Assembly (NCBI GenBank): GCA_050250895.1
Contig: JBFWNU010000001.1
Location: 552,008-616,007, forward strand
Origin: Vulcanimicrobiota bacterium
GTDB taxonomy: Bacteria > Vulcanimicrobiota > Xenobia > Xenobiales > JADMJV01
DNA: 64,000 nucleotides
Direction: 5' to 3'
The translations under genes and the position numbers were made by a program. Below the pieces are notes generated by a model that saw nothing but the letters and a program-made list of their open reading frames with translations, did not search any database and had not been told where the DNA came from. Positions 9,222 through 18,515 of the stretch are shown piece after piece. Position 1 is the stretch's first letter, and each line of letters starts with the position of its first letter.

Positions 9222-9893
9222 ATGCTCGTACCCGGTATTGACAAGGTAACCAGGCGCCTGGGCGAAGAGTTCTGGCGGCTCGACCAGTTGGCCAACAACC
9301 AGGCCAACGCCGACACACCCGGCTTTCAAGCCACGATGAGCGGCCTGCGGGCCGGCAAGCTCGAACAGTGGCGCGACGCTCGGGCGGGCTCGCAGACGGT
9401 CACCGAGCGCCAGCTCGACCTGGGACTGCCCGAGGGTTCTTATCTACAGGTTAAAAGCCAGGGGGTGACCTTCTTCACCCGCCGCGGAGACCTGAAGATG
9501 GACCAGGACGGCTTTCTTACCACCGGCTCCGGCGAACAGGTCCTGGACGCCACCGGCAACCCCATCAAGATAGAGAAGATGGACAGTACCCGCATCGCCG
9601 AAGATGGCAGCGTCAGCGTGGACGGAAAATCGATAGGCCGCATTCCTCGCTACACGGTCAGCGCCGTCAATGAGAAGGGTGGAGTTCTGTTCACGCCGGC
9701 GCCCAACGCCGACATCACCGAGGACATTCGCCCCATCTCCGCTGGCAGCCTCGAGCGCTCCAACGTGGAGGTAGCCGATAGCATGGCGGAACTGGTGGCC
9801 ACCATGAATCGGGCCAGGGTCTTTCAAACCACCGCCAGCTTGCAAGATTCGACCGTGGAACGGGCCTTACGAGAAATGACCGGCGGCCGATAG
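9222..9893 (+). CDS. flgF: Flagellar basal-body rod protein FlgF
   Basis: 'LANNQANADTPGF', 'TRRGD', 'LERSNV'. Precedes flgG. Confidence 0.8.
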   Translation: MLVPGIDKVTRRLGEEFWRLDQLANNQANADTPGFQATMSGLRAGKLEQWRDARAGSQTVTERQLDLGLPEGSYLQVKSQGVTFFTRRGDLKMDQDGFLTTGSGEQVLDATGNPIKIEKMDSTRIAEDGSVSVDGKSIGRIPRYTVSAVNEKGGVLFTPAPNADITEDIRPISAGSLERSNVEVADSMAELVATMNRARVFQTTASLQDSTVERALREMTGGR

Positions 9894-9911
9894 AGTGCTC
9901 GGAGGATTACT

Positions 9912-10697
9912 ATGATTCGTGCACTTCGCACCGCTGCCACCGGCATGCGGGCCCAGCAGATGAACGTGGACACCATCGCCAACAACCTGTCCAACGTCAA
10001 CACCACCGGGTTCAAGCGGACCCGCATGGACTTTCAAGATCTCTTCTATCAGGGGCTGCGCGCGGCCGGTTCGCCAACGGCCGATCGCCAGTTGCCCACC
10101 GGGCTCGAAGTCGGCCTTGGCGTGCGCGCCGCGGCCACCCAGAAGATTTTCGTTCAGGGCACCTTCGAGCAAACCGACAACCCTCTCGACCTCGCCATCG
10201 AGGGACAGGGCTTCTTCCAGGTCACCATGCCGGACGGCACCGTCGCCTTCACCCGCGACGGCTCGTTCAAGCGTGACGCCGAGGGCACCATGGTGACCTC
10301 GGACGGCTATGCTCTCGAGCCCAGCATCGTCATCCCGCCCGATGCGACCAGCGTCACCATTTCGTCGGACGGCACCGTGTCGGCTCAGGTGGCCGGCCAG
10401 CAGGACGCCCAGGTGCTGGGAGAGATCAACCTGGCCAGCTTCAGTAATCCGGCCGGCTTGCACTCGATGGGCAAGAACCTATACGCCCGCACCCCCGCCA
10501 GCGGCGAGCCGGTGGTCAACCCGCCGGGAACCGCCGGATTTGGCACTGTCTCGCAAGGCTTTCTCGAAAAGTCCAACGTAGATGTCGTGGAAGAGATGGT
10601 CAACATGATCGCCGCCCAGCGCGCCTACGAGATCAACTCGCGGGTCATCCAGGGCGCCGACCAGATGCTCGAAGTCGCCAGCGGACTGGTCCGATGA
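9912..10697 (+). CDS. flgG: Flagellar distal rod protein FlgG
   Basis: 'MIRALRTAATGM.AQQ..DTIANNLSNVNTTGFK', 'AQRAYEINS'. Confidence 0.97.
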   Translation: MIRALRTAATGMRAQQMNVDTIANNLSNVNTTGFKRTRMDFQDLFYQGLRAAGSPTADRQLPTGLEVGLGVRAAATQKIFVQGTFEQTDNPLDLAIEGQGFFQVTMPDGTVAFTRDGSFKRDAEGTMVTSDGYALEPSIVIPPDATSVTISSDGTVSAQVAGQQDAQVLGEINLASFSNPAGLHSMGKNLYARTPASGEPVVNPPGTAGFGTVSQGFLEKSNVDVVEEMVNMIAAQRAYEINSRVIQGADQMLEVASGLVR

Positions 10698-11374
10698 GAA
10701 ATCTGATCCTCGTGCTGATGGCCCTGAGCGGGGTCTGCTTGGCCGCGCCCACCTGGCTGGAGGGTGAAAAAGTGCTCGCCCAGGCCTACCAGGCCCTGGG
10801 CGAAAGGCCCGAGACGCTGACGGTGGTTTATCGACCGGGTGGTACTCAGGTCGCCGCCGGCAAACTGCACTGGAATACCTCGGTGCTAGAATCGGGCGAG
10901 ATGCCGCGAGTGCGGGTCGAGGCCACCGTGGACGGTCGCAGCGCCCACGTCTGGACGGTGGTCTTTCGCCGCCGCCAGATGGTCGACTGTCTGGTGGCCG
11001 CCCACGACCTTCCTCCCGGTCAACTCGTCACCAAAGACGACATCAAGGTGGTTCACGCCCCCTTCGACGGACCCGGTCGCCCGCTGGGTGACCCCGACGA
11101 ACTGCTGGGCCGCCAAACTCGACGCTACCTGCCCGCCGGCACCGTGCTCGAAAAGCGCGATCTGGTGGTCCGCCCCATCATCGAGCGGGGCCAACGCGTC
11201 GTCGTTACTCACAACAGCGACGGCATGGTCTTGACCATCGAGGGCAAGGCCACCCGTCCGGGCTATCCCGGGCGCATCCTGCCCATCAAGACCGCCGCCG
11301 GCACCACCGTCAAGGTGTGGCTCGACTATGAGGGCAACGTGCGCGAACTTTCTGATTCGGGAGCAAGGGAATGA
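10694..11374 (+). CDS. flgA: P-ring formation chaperone FlgA
   Basis: Signal peptide, SAF domain, 'IIERGQ.V', 'EGKA...G..G'. Synteny flgG-A-H-I. Confidence 0.8.
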   Translation: MRNLILVLMALSGVCLAAPTWLEGEKVLAQAYQALGERPETLTVVYRPGGTQVAAGKLHWNTSVLESGEMPRVRVEATVDGRSAHVWTVVFRRRQMVDCLVAAHDLPPGQLVTKDDIKVVHAPFDGPGRPLGDPDELLGRQTRRYLPAGTVLEKRDLVVRPIIERGQRVVVTHNSDGMVLTIEGKATRPGYPGRILPIKTAAGTTVKVWLDYEGNVRELSDSGARE

Positions 11375-11925
11375 ATCTCCTCAAGGCAATGCTACTAATA
11401 GCCCTGCTCACTACGGGAGCGTGGGCCGACTCGCTCCTGCCCGAAGGCCACCCTGACCTCTACAAGGCGGTGTGCCTGCAGGCCGGAGACCTGGTCACCA
11501 TCGTGATCACCGATCGCGTCACGACCACCCAGTCGGTCGACCTCAAGTCGCAGGACAAATCCCAAGCGGGAGGACCCCTGGTGCAACTACTATCCGCCGC
11601 CATTCTCGGCATCGCGCCCCAACACGAAGACTCGGCCGACCGCAAGGAAGCGGCCAGCTCGGTCAGCCAGTTCCAAGATACGGTCACGGCCACCGTCACC
11701 GAGGTCAAAGGAAATGTCCTGACCCTGCAGGCCAGCCGGGTGGTTCAGCTCGATGGCAAGACGCGCACCCTGACCCTGCAGGGCCAGGTTCGCAACCAGG
11801 ATGTCAACCCCGATAACACCGTCTCGTCGTCGCTTTTGGCCAACTCGGTGGTCAAGGTCGACGGCCTGCACCAGAGCCCGGTGGAGCCGGGCATCCTTAC
11901 CAGAATCCTGCGGGTACTCTTCTGA
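11371..11925 (+). CDS. flgH: L-ring protein FlgH
   Basis: 'GDLVTIVI', 'TATVTEV..N', 'LQGQVR.QDV..DNTV.S..LAN'. Confidence 0.85.
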   Translation: MNLLKAMLLIALLTTGAWADSLLPEGHPDLYKAVCLQAGDLVTIVITDRVTTTQSVDLKSQDKSQAGGPLVQLLSAAILGIAPQHEDSADRKEAASSVSQFQDTVTATVTEVKGNVLTLQASRVVQLDGKTRTLTLQGQVRNQDVNPDNTVSSSLLANSVVKVDGLHQSPVEPGILTRILRVLF

Positions 11926-12926
11926 TGCGGCTGGTGCTGTTGATGCTCGTGGCCCTGCTGACACCGGCCCTGGCTCAGGAGCCCCCGGCCAGCGCCTGGA
12001 CGATCCACGATCCGATCCCTCGCGGCCAGCGCCTCAAGGATATCGCTCGGCCGGCCGGCCTCAACAACCATAGCCTGACTGGCTATGGCCTGGTGGTAGG
12101 CCTGCCCGGCACGGGCGATTCGTCGATGTCGCTGAGTTCGCCGATGATGACCAACATGCTCAAGCGCCTGGGTCTCGACGCCGGGCCTGGCGCCGTCACC
12201 GGCCTGAAAAGCAAAAACGTAGCCGTGGTTGCGGTCACGGCCGCGCTGCCGGCCGTGGTTCGCTCGGGCGACCCCATCCATGTCGAAGTGGCCTCGATGG
12301 GAGACGCCAAGGATCTTACCGGCGGCGTGCTCTTGCAGTCGTTGTTGACCGGCCCCGATGGCCAGGTCTACGGAGCCGCCCAGGGCAAGGTGAGCGGTGG
12401 CTCGGACCCCGGCAAGAAGGGCCCTGTCACCGGCCGCATCGAGATGGGCGGCACCGTCAGCCGCGAACTGACCAGCCCGGCCCTCTCGCGCCCCCGCCTG
12501 ATTCTCGAACTGCATAAGCCCGATTACTCGACCGCCCAGAAAGTCGCCGACGCCATCTCGTTGCGCCTGTCGGTGACGGCCCGGCCGCTCTCTGACTCGA
12601 TGGTCGAGGTCAACCTGGAGGGAACCGGGTTGACCGTCGTCGGGGCCCTGGCCCAGATGGAAGACATCACCGTCGAACCCGACCGTCGCGCCACCATCGT
12701 GGTCGACCGCCGCAGTGGAGTGGTGGTGGTCGGCTCGACCAGCCACATTCGTCAAGCTTTGATCAACCATAAGGGAATCACCGTCGACATCGGGCCGCAA
12801 GGCGTCCCGCTGAAGTCGGTGCTCGACTCGCTATCCAAAGCGGGTGCCGGACCCGACGATGTCGTGGCCGTGCTCGAAGCCCTGCACCAGGCCGGCGCTC
12901 TGCCCGGCGAGATCGAATATCGTTAG
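11925..12926 (+). CDS. flgI: P-ring protein FlgI
   Basis: 'RLKDI', 'GYGLVVGL.GTGD', 'KNVAVV.VTA.LP', 'GDAKDL.GG.L', 'L..AGAL'. Confidence 0.92.
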   Translation: MRLVLLMLVALLTPALAQEPPASAWTIHDPIPRGQRLKDIARPAGLNNHSLTGYGLVVGLPGTGDSSMSLSSPMMTNMLKRLGLDAGPGAVTGLKSKNVAVVAVTAALPAVVRSGDPIHVEVASMGDAKDLTGGVLLQSLLTGPDGQVYGAAQGKVSGGSDPGKKGPVTGRIEMGGTVSRELTSPALSRPRLILELHKPDYSTAQKVADAISLRLSVTARPLSDSMVEVNLEGTGLTVVGALAQMEDITVEPDRRATIVVDRRSGVVVVGSTSHIRQALINHKGITVDIGPQGVPLKSVLDSLSKAGAGPDDVVAVLEALHQAGALPGEIEYR

Positions 12927-12934
12927 GAGGCCCC

Positions 12935-13789
12935 ATGCGGACCGACATGGACATTCGGAGCTTAGGAACTTTAGCTCCCAGGGCGACTCCCGTCCCCATC
13001 GTGCCGAGCGAGAGCTTTCGCTCGATGCTGGCCCGCACATGCACCCTGGCCACTCCTGGGGTCGAGGCCGAAGCGCCCCAGCCGACCCGAGTCGAGTTGC
13101 CCGAGGTCGAGCCGTTCGAGGGCCTCAAACGCGGCGCCCGCGGGGCCGATGTCAGTCGGGTCCAAAAGGTGCTGGCCAAGTGGAACGACAAACTCGGGGT
13201 CAAAGACACGGGTCGCTACGACGAGGCCACCCAGAAAGCGCTGACTCTCTACAAAGCCATCTATGGAGGCCAGGGTGGAGGAGCCGAGATCGACAACAAG
13301 ACCGCCGGCTATCTTCGCCAGATGGAGGATGGCTCGTTCTGGGACAACCCCCCCGAGAAGACTCCGGCCCAATCGATGCTCTACCACGCCTCGCGCCAAC
13401 TGGGAGTCCCCTACCGCCTGGGCGGCGACGGCAAATCCAGCACCGACTGCGGCATGCTGACCTCGTCGGCCCTGCGCCAGGCCGGTGTCGACGACACCCC
13501 CAGCCGACTGGCCGACCTGCAGTATCTGGCCGCTCGCCAAAATCAGGGCGGATTGTCCTTCCGACGCCAACACCCCGAATCAGGCGACCTGGTCTTTTTC
13601 AACGTGCCCACCCGCCAGAGTCACCTGGCTTACAACGGAGTGACCCACGTGGGAATGTACGTTGGCGACGGCCTGATGCTGGCTGCCTCGTCCTCGGCCG
13701 GCAAGGTGGTCATGCAACCCGTCAACCAGCTCGGTGACTACGTGGCCGGCTACGGCCGCCCGGAAGGCCCGGCCCTGGCCAGCTTCTAG
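12935..13789 (+). CDS. NlpC/P60 peptidoglycan peptidase with PG-binding domain, at the flgJ position
   Basis: PG_binding-like 'LKRGARG.DV..VQ..L', then 'LGVPY.LGG', catalytic 'DCG', 'GDLVFF', 'HVGMYVGDG'. Confidence 0.8.
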   Translation: MRTDMDIRSLGTLAPRATPVPIVPSESFRSMLARTCTLATPGVEAEAPQPTRVELPEVEPFEGLKRGARGADVSRVQKVLAKWNDKLGVKDTGRYDEATQKALTLYKAIYGGQGGGAEIDNKTAGYLRQMEDGSFWDNPPEKTPAQSMLYHASRQLGVPYRLGGDGKSSTDCGMLTSSALRQAGVDDTPSRLADLQYLAARQNQGGLSFRRQHPESGDLVFFNVPTRQSHLAYNGVTHVGMYVGDGLMLAASSSAGKVVMQPVNQLGDYVAGYGRPEGPALASF

Positions 13790-14796
13790 TTAACCCAGTC
13801 GAGGCCTTCGGCCAGGCTGTCGCTCCCCTGTCCCATTGCCTGGTTGCGTTGGGCCTCGGTGATGCCCACCAGCCAGAGCAGATTGATCGGATCGCCGCGA
13901 AAACCCGGCATCGCGATGTCTGGACCGGCCTTACAAAGCAACACCGCCGGCTTACCCGCAAGCCCGGTAAAAGGCACGGTGTGTCCCTGTCCAAACCAGG
14001 TCATCAATCCCCACGGATAGCGAGCCAACCCACTCAGCTGGCGGGCCAACGCCTCGGTGTCGTGGCCCCTGAGAGCGATGGCCAACTCGACCCGCCGGTG
14101 ACCCACCGGGTCCTCGAGAGCCATCTCGACCCCGGGCATAGGCCTCACGCTCATGCCCACCGTGGCCAGCACGGTCACGCCATCGCCGGTCGATAGCTGC
14201 ACCACGCCCATCGGCGGCCATCCTCCACTGTCGATGGAGTAGTAGTTGGTCTGGGTTCCCAGGCTCTGATAGGCTTTCAACAAACTATCCTGATAGCCGG
14301 GCCAGAACATCTTGCCGGGAGGCTGATGCCAGCTGGCCCAGTATTCGCGAGCTCGCTCGATGCGCTCGAGCATGTCCTCGCCCTCGGGCAGCGGCCAGCA
14401 GAGCGGCGAGTCGGCGATGCAGTCGCGGGCATAGCCGGCAAAGCCCTGAATACCGCTCCAGCCGGGAATGATCGCCAGCAGCTGATCGCGCTCGAACAGG
14501 GCCACCCCGTCACCCTCTTCAAACCAGACCACGCTCAGGCTCTTAGGATCGATGGGCGCCCCGCCCTGAGGATGACCGCAGCATTCGGCCGGCAAGGCCG
14601 GCGGGCGCCCCCGCCCGTCGAGGGCCACCGTCTTGGGGGCGGCCTTGAGATTGCGCACCCAGCACGCCTTCATGCCGAAGGTCTTGCCCTCGGTCAACTC
14701 TTGCAGATAGAGATACACGACGCCGTCGGTAGCGTCGACCACTGCCCCCAGTCGGCCATCCATGGAACGCTCGGTGAATAGAATCGTATCAGCCAT
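13786..14796 (-). CDS. Suppressor-of-fused (SUFU) domain protein
   Basis: 'ATVGMS.RPMP.VE', 'RVELA', 'TWFG.GHT', 'LLWLV.IT'. Start supported by the upstream promoter motif. Confidence 0.75.
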   Translation of the reverse strand: MADTILFTERSMDGRLGAVVDATDGVVYLYLQELTEGKTFGMKACWVRNLKAAPKTVALDGRGRPPALPAECCGHPQGGAPIDPKSLSVVWFEEGDGVALFERDQLLAIIPGWSGIQGFAGYARDCIADSPLCWPLPEGEDMLERIERAREYWASWHQPPGKMFWPGYQDSLLKAYQSLGTQTNYYSIDSGGWPPMGVVQLSTGDGVTVLATVGMSVRPMPGVEMALEDPVGHRRVELAIALRGHDTEALARQLSGLARYPWGLMTWFGQGHTVPFTGLAGKPAVLLCKAGPDIAMPGFRGDPINLLWLVGITEAQRNQAMGQGSDSLAEGLDWVN

Positions 14797-14915
14797 CGCG
14801 GGCGTTTCGCCTCGCCCAGGCTTTTTCCCCGGGCTAGAGCCCGAAAAGCCGCTGGGGGAGCCCGCGGCCACGAGGTCTTTGTTTCCGGCCCGAAGAAGTG
14901 CCCTATCGCAAGTCT

Positions 14916-15698
14916 ATGTGCATTTTCACCGGCGAAGTCGAGGCCGTCAGCAATACGAGCATCTTCGCCCGGGTCAACCCGGCGAAAGAGCAGTATCTGG
15001 CCTACGAGATGGCGGCGACGCTGCCTGAGGAGATGGCCATGGTCCTACCGCTGCCTACCGCTGGTCCTCGCGATGTCGCCGTGACGTTCATCGATTTAAG
15101 CGGCTGTCCCGACCTTTTCACCTGGCTTCGCGAGGCGTTCGAGCCAGCCTCGCTCGGGTTCGATCTCGATGAGGCGAGCGGCTCGCTCTCGCTCGACCTT
15201 CTTCCCGTCGTCGATGTCGGAAGCTTCGAGGCGTCGTACGTCCCTCAACTCAAGGACTTCGAGAGGCTCGACCCTCGTTTCCGGCTAGACGCCACGGTGT
15301 GGGCTCAGCTTCCCGACTACGCCGACTATGGCTTCGCGGTGTTCAAGCTCAAAGCCGGCAACCTCGAAGTGCATCCCATGGGGCTCAAGTTCACGACTCG
15401 ATTTCCGGATCATGCCTTTTTTCCGACGGTGCATGTGCACCACCGCACGGTCCCCGAGCGAGAGACCTTCGATCACGAGCTCTACCTGCAGTCCGAGGGG
15501 GAGGCAGGGAACGAAGGATGGAGTGGCTTTCTAGAGTCGCCCGGCCCCCTCGGCCAGATTGTTCCTGAGGGTCACGACACCGGTGGGATGATCAATCCGT
15601 CGCGATTCGGATTTCGCAGGGTCATGAAAGGTATCTTCCCCAACCAGGATGTCCTGGTCCCGATTTCCCCCGTGCCCGACTTCATCGCCCGAAGCTAA
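14916..15698 (+). CDS. Conserved hypothetical protein
   Basis: Protein-like composition ('MCIF', 'AMVLPLP', 'F.PTVH.H', 'FDH.LY'). Function not recognised. Confidence 0.7.
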   Translation: MCIFTGEVEAVSNTSIFARVNPAKEQYLAYEMAATLPEEMAMVLPLPTAGPRDVAVTFIDLSGCPDLFTWLREAFEPASLGFDLDEASGSLSLDLLPVVDVGSFEASYVPQLKDFERLDPRFRLDATVWAQLPDYADYGFAVFKLKAGNLEVHPMGLKFTTRFPDHAFFPTVHVHHRTVPERETFDHELYLQSEGEAGNEGWSGFLESPGPLGQIVPEGHDTGGMINPSRFGFRRVMKGIFPNQDVLVPISPVPDFIARS

Positions 15699-15706
15699 GC
15701 CCAGCT

Positions 15707-16851
15707 TTAGTCCTCGGCCACGAAGCCGGGCCCGCACATGCGCACCATCCGGGGCCAGAATCGTCCCAATCGGTCGAGCACCGGGCCGTGGGCGGTGACC
15801 ACCGACTCGATGTCGCGATAGACGGCCGGCCACTCGTCGCTGGCCGACTGCAGCACACGAACTCGTCCTAGCGAGGCGGCCACAGCCCGACCGCGGTAGG
15901 CCCGGTGGGCGGTGGCGCGGCTAAGCAACCGACCCGCCCCGTGGGCAGCCGAAAACAGCAGTTGCGGGTCGTCGCGGCCCCGGACTAGATAGGTCGGCGC
16001 CGTCATCGAACCGGCGATCAAGCCCAGCTCGCCTGGTCCCAGCCGAATCGCTCCCTTGCGGTGGACGACCACTCGCTCGCCCTGGTAATCTTCGAGGCTG
16101 GCGAAGTTGTGTGGACAAGACAAACCAAAGATCGCGCTCAAGCCCAGGCTTTGAGTGATGCGCTGGTGCAGCCAGCGGTGGCTCGCTTCAGAATACGCCA
16201 GACAAACCGCGGCCGCGCGCCAGAAGGGTTCGTAATCGGCCGAGTCCTGTGAGAGCCAGGCCCATTCACGCAACTCGGGGGGCAGGCGCGGGCTCTGCTG
16301 ACGGGCTAACCGGTGATAGTGGCGGGCCAAACCGCCGCGCGGAAGCAGGGCCGGGAATTTGAGTCGCGAGGCGCCTCTCTGCCAAGAAGCGCCGAACGCA
16401 TAATACCGAGCTGTATTTGAGAGAGGCGCGACGCCGGCAGAGAGGATGGATCGCGGCTCAAAAATTGGCAATGCTTTCGTGCGGCGGTTTCAGTCCAGGC
16501 CAAGGCCGCGGCTGCCGCTGTGGGTGAGCAGCGCCTGGTAGCGCCGGGCGGGGCTAAGACCCCCCACCGCCTCGAGGGGCTCGAACAGACCGAAGTCGAC
16601 GAAGTGATTGCCCGTGCCGCTCGAGCCGAACCACTGGCGAGCCAACCCGAGCAGGCCGGCCAAGATTGGCGGGCCCAATCCGGCTCATCAAAGAGGGGCA
16701 CTGCGGCGGGCTCGGCAAAGAACTCGTCACCAAAGCGTGTGTCGCTATTCAGGCACGAGCGGATCTGGTCGAGGCGGGCGCGGTCCGAAAAGACGGTCAA
16801 GCTGATTCGACAGCCCAGGTCGCGACCCATGGCCCTGGGAATGACCGCTCC
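15707..16851 (-). pseudogene. rtcB: Disrupted RtcB-family RNA ligase
   Basis: RtcB motifs in order: VIP..MGRDLGC, GTGNHF, THSGSRG, HNFA, HRKGA, GSM, HGAGR, DE.P.VY. The N-terminus is missing, there is a frameshift near 16670, and a 162-bp insertion creates a TGA. Confidence 0.85.
16329..16490. mobile_element. 162-bp palindromic MITE-like insertion in rtcB
   Basis: 19-bp terminal inverted repeats (AAACCGCCGCrCGrAAGCA, 17/19 identical) plus inner 12-bp and 10-bp inverted repeats. Removing it restores GLGLDWARHY in frame. Confidence 0.7.
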
Positions 16852-16949
16852 ATTTTACACTTTGTTCACATCTCGGGATGCCTGAACACATGGGTCACAC
16901 TGCTGGCGAGTAACCTGGGCTGGCAGGACAACTTAAGGAGCACACCACG

Positions 16950-18515
16950 ATGACCACAAGCAACGCATTTGGCACCTTCAACAGCACAGCAATCGGGGGA
17001 TTCGCCCAGGCCGCCCATCTTCACAACGCCAGCCAATGGGGAACGCCAGCCCCGCTCGCGTCCCCGATGTCAGAGATCCTCCCGGTGCTGGAACTTATGG
17101 TCACCGCATTGGCCCAGATGCAGCAGGGCTGGGGAGGCCTGGCTGCGCCCGCCTCCGCCCAATCCCCCGTGTCCAACTCTGGTATCCAGGCCTATGCCTC
17201 ACCTGTGGCCGACTTGCAGCGTTACATCGACGCCGTCGACAACTCGGGGGGCGTCAACAGCCAGCGGCTGGGCGTCGGCCAGGTGGGCGAATACGAGGCC
17301 CGTTCCAGTCTCGTTAACGGCTACGCTTCCGAGTTCTACGCCGGCGGGCGCGTCACCGACGTCAACACCCTCAGTCAGCACCAGAGCACGCTCTACCGCG
17401 ACCTGTCCGGCCAGAGTGGCGCCAACGCCCAACAGGCGGCGACCTTCGCTCTGGTGGCCAGTCGTTTTAAGAATGCCAACGGAAACTATAGCAAGCGGGA
17501 ACTGGTCCGCCTCTTGAAGGCCACCGGCAACCAGGACCTGGTATCCTCAGGCGTGGGCACCGCTGACGTCCAGACCCTGAGCGCGGTGACCGCGGCGCTC
17601 AAGCGCGGGACGCTGAGCCTGAGCCAGATCTACGACCCCCAGACCGGCCAGGACGCGCTCGGTCGTCACTCCATCGAGATCGCCGACAATGACCTCTACG
17701 ACCGGGCCATCCAGGCCGTCACTCAGAATCCACCCAACCTGGGCACCTCCATCACCAAGCAAGAAGCCGGCGCCGCTCGTCCCGACCTGTTGACCTATCT
17801 GGGCGGCTCCGCTCAGGGAATCGGGGGCACCGGCAACGCGGGCAACGCTGGCAACGCGGGTAACGCCGGTAATGCTGGGAACGCCGGCAACGCGGGTAAT
17901 GCGGGTAACGCCGGGAATGCTGGCAACACGGGCAACGCCGGGCCCCTGAGCCGCCTCGGTAACGCGGCCATCTCGCTGGGGGACCTGGCCAGCGATACCG
18001 TCAGCGACCTGGTTCTGGGCGTGGGGGGCAAGGCGCAGGAAGCCGTGGGCCTGGTCGGGGATCTCCTCCACGGCGACGTAGGGGGTGCGCTCACGGGCGC
18101 CGTGAGCCTGGTGACCGACACCGTCGGACAAGCCGCCACGCTGCTGGGCGGCAAGATCAACAACGCCCTGGGCATCGTCTGCGAGCTGATTCACCCCGGC
18201 AAGCACCACCCTGGCACCAAGAAGGCCACCCCACCCGTCGCCTACGCCCCCGCGCCTAACGCCTATGGGGCGACGAGCTATGGCTATGCGAGCGCTCCCA
18301 GCCCCACCACTTCAACCCCTGCCGAGGCCGCCGCCGTGCAGTCACTGGTGTGCCTCGTGCAAACGCTGAGCGGCCAATACCTCGGGGCCGCCCCCTACGG
18401 CTTGTATCAACCGGCTCCCGCCTACTCACCGACCAGCGCCGGCGGGACCAGCTACGCCGCGCCCGCTTCGGTCAGCTGGGGCCAGGCTTCTCAGCTGGTT
18501 GGGGGTGCCTACTAG
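16950..18515 (+). CDS. Hypothetical low-complexity protein with (Gly-Asn-Ala)n repeat
   Basis: 521-aa ORF with an AAGGAG RBS, no signal peptide, Gly/Ala/Ser/Pro-rich. Confidence 0.8.
   Translation: MTTSNAFGTFNSTAIGGFAQAAHLHNASQWGTPAPLASPMSEILPVLELMVTALAQMQQGWGGLAAPASAQSPVSNSGIQAYASPVADLQRYIDAVDNSGGVNSQRLGVGQVGEYEARSSLVNGYASEFYAGGRVTDVNTLSQHQSTLYRDLSGQSGANAQQAATFALVASRFKNANGNYSKRELVRLLKATGNQDLVSSGVGTADVQTLSAVTAALKRGTLSLSQIYDPQTGQDALGRHSIEIADNDLYDRAIQAVTQNPPNLGTSITKQEAGAARPDLLTYLGGSAQGIGGTGNAGNAGNAGNAGNAGNAGNAGNAGNAGNAGNTGNAGPLSRLGNAAISLGDLASDTVSDLVLGVGGKAQEAVGLVGDLLHGDVGGALTGAVSLVTDTVGQAATLLGGKINNALGIVCELIHPGKHHPGTKKATPPVAYAPAPNAYGATSYGYASAPSPTTSTPAEAAAVQSLVCLVQTLSGQYLGAAPYGLYQPAPAYSPTSAGGTSYAAPASVSWGQASQLVGGAY
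17832..17939 (+). repeat. 12 x 9-bp coding tandem repeat (GNA, one GNT)
   Basis: Units GGN AAY GCN with varied wobble positions. Confidence 0.9.

Noticed and set aside
16488-16492. Selenocysteine or programmed readthrough at the in-frame TGA followed by a hairpin in rtcB
   Set aside because: The TGA is created by the insertion junction at a non-catalytic position, the gene has other lesions, and the hairpin folds better on the opposite strand.
16325-16494. Integron attC interpretation of the palindrome
   Set aside because: The ends do not fit RYYYAAC/GTTRRRY, it lies inside a gene, and no cassette array or integrase is present.
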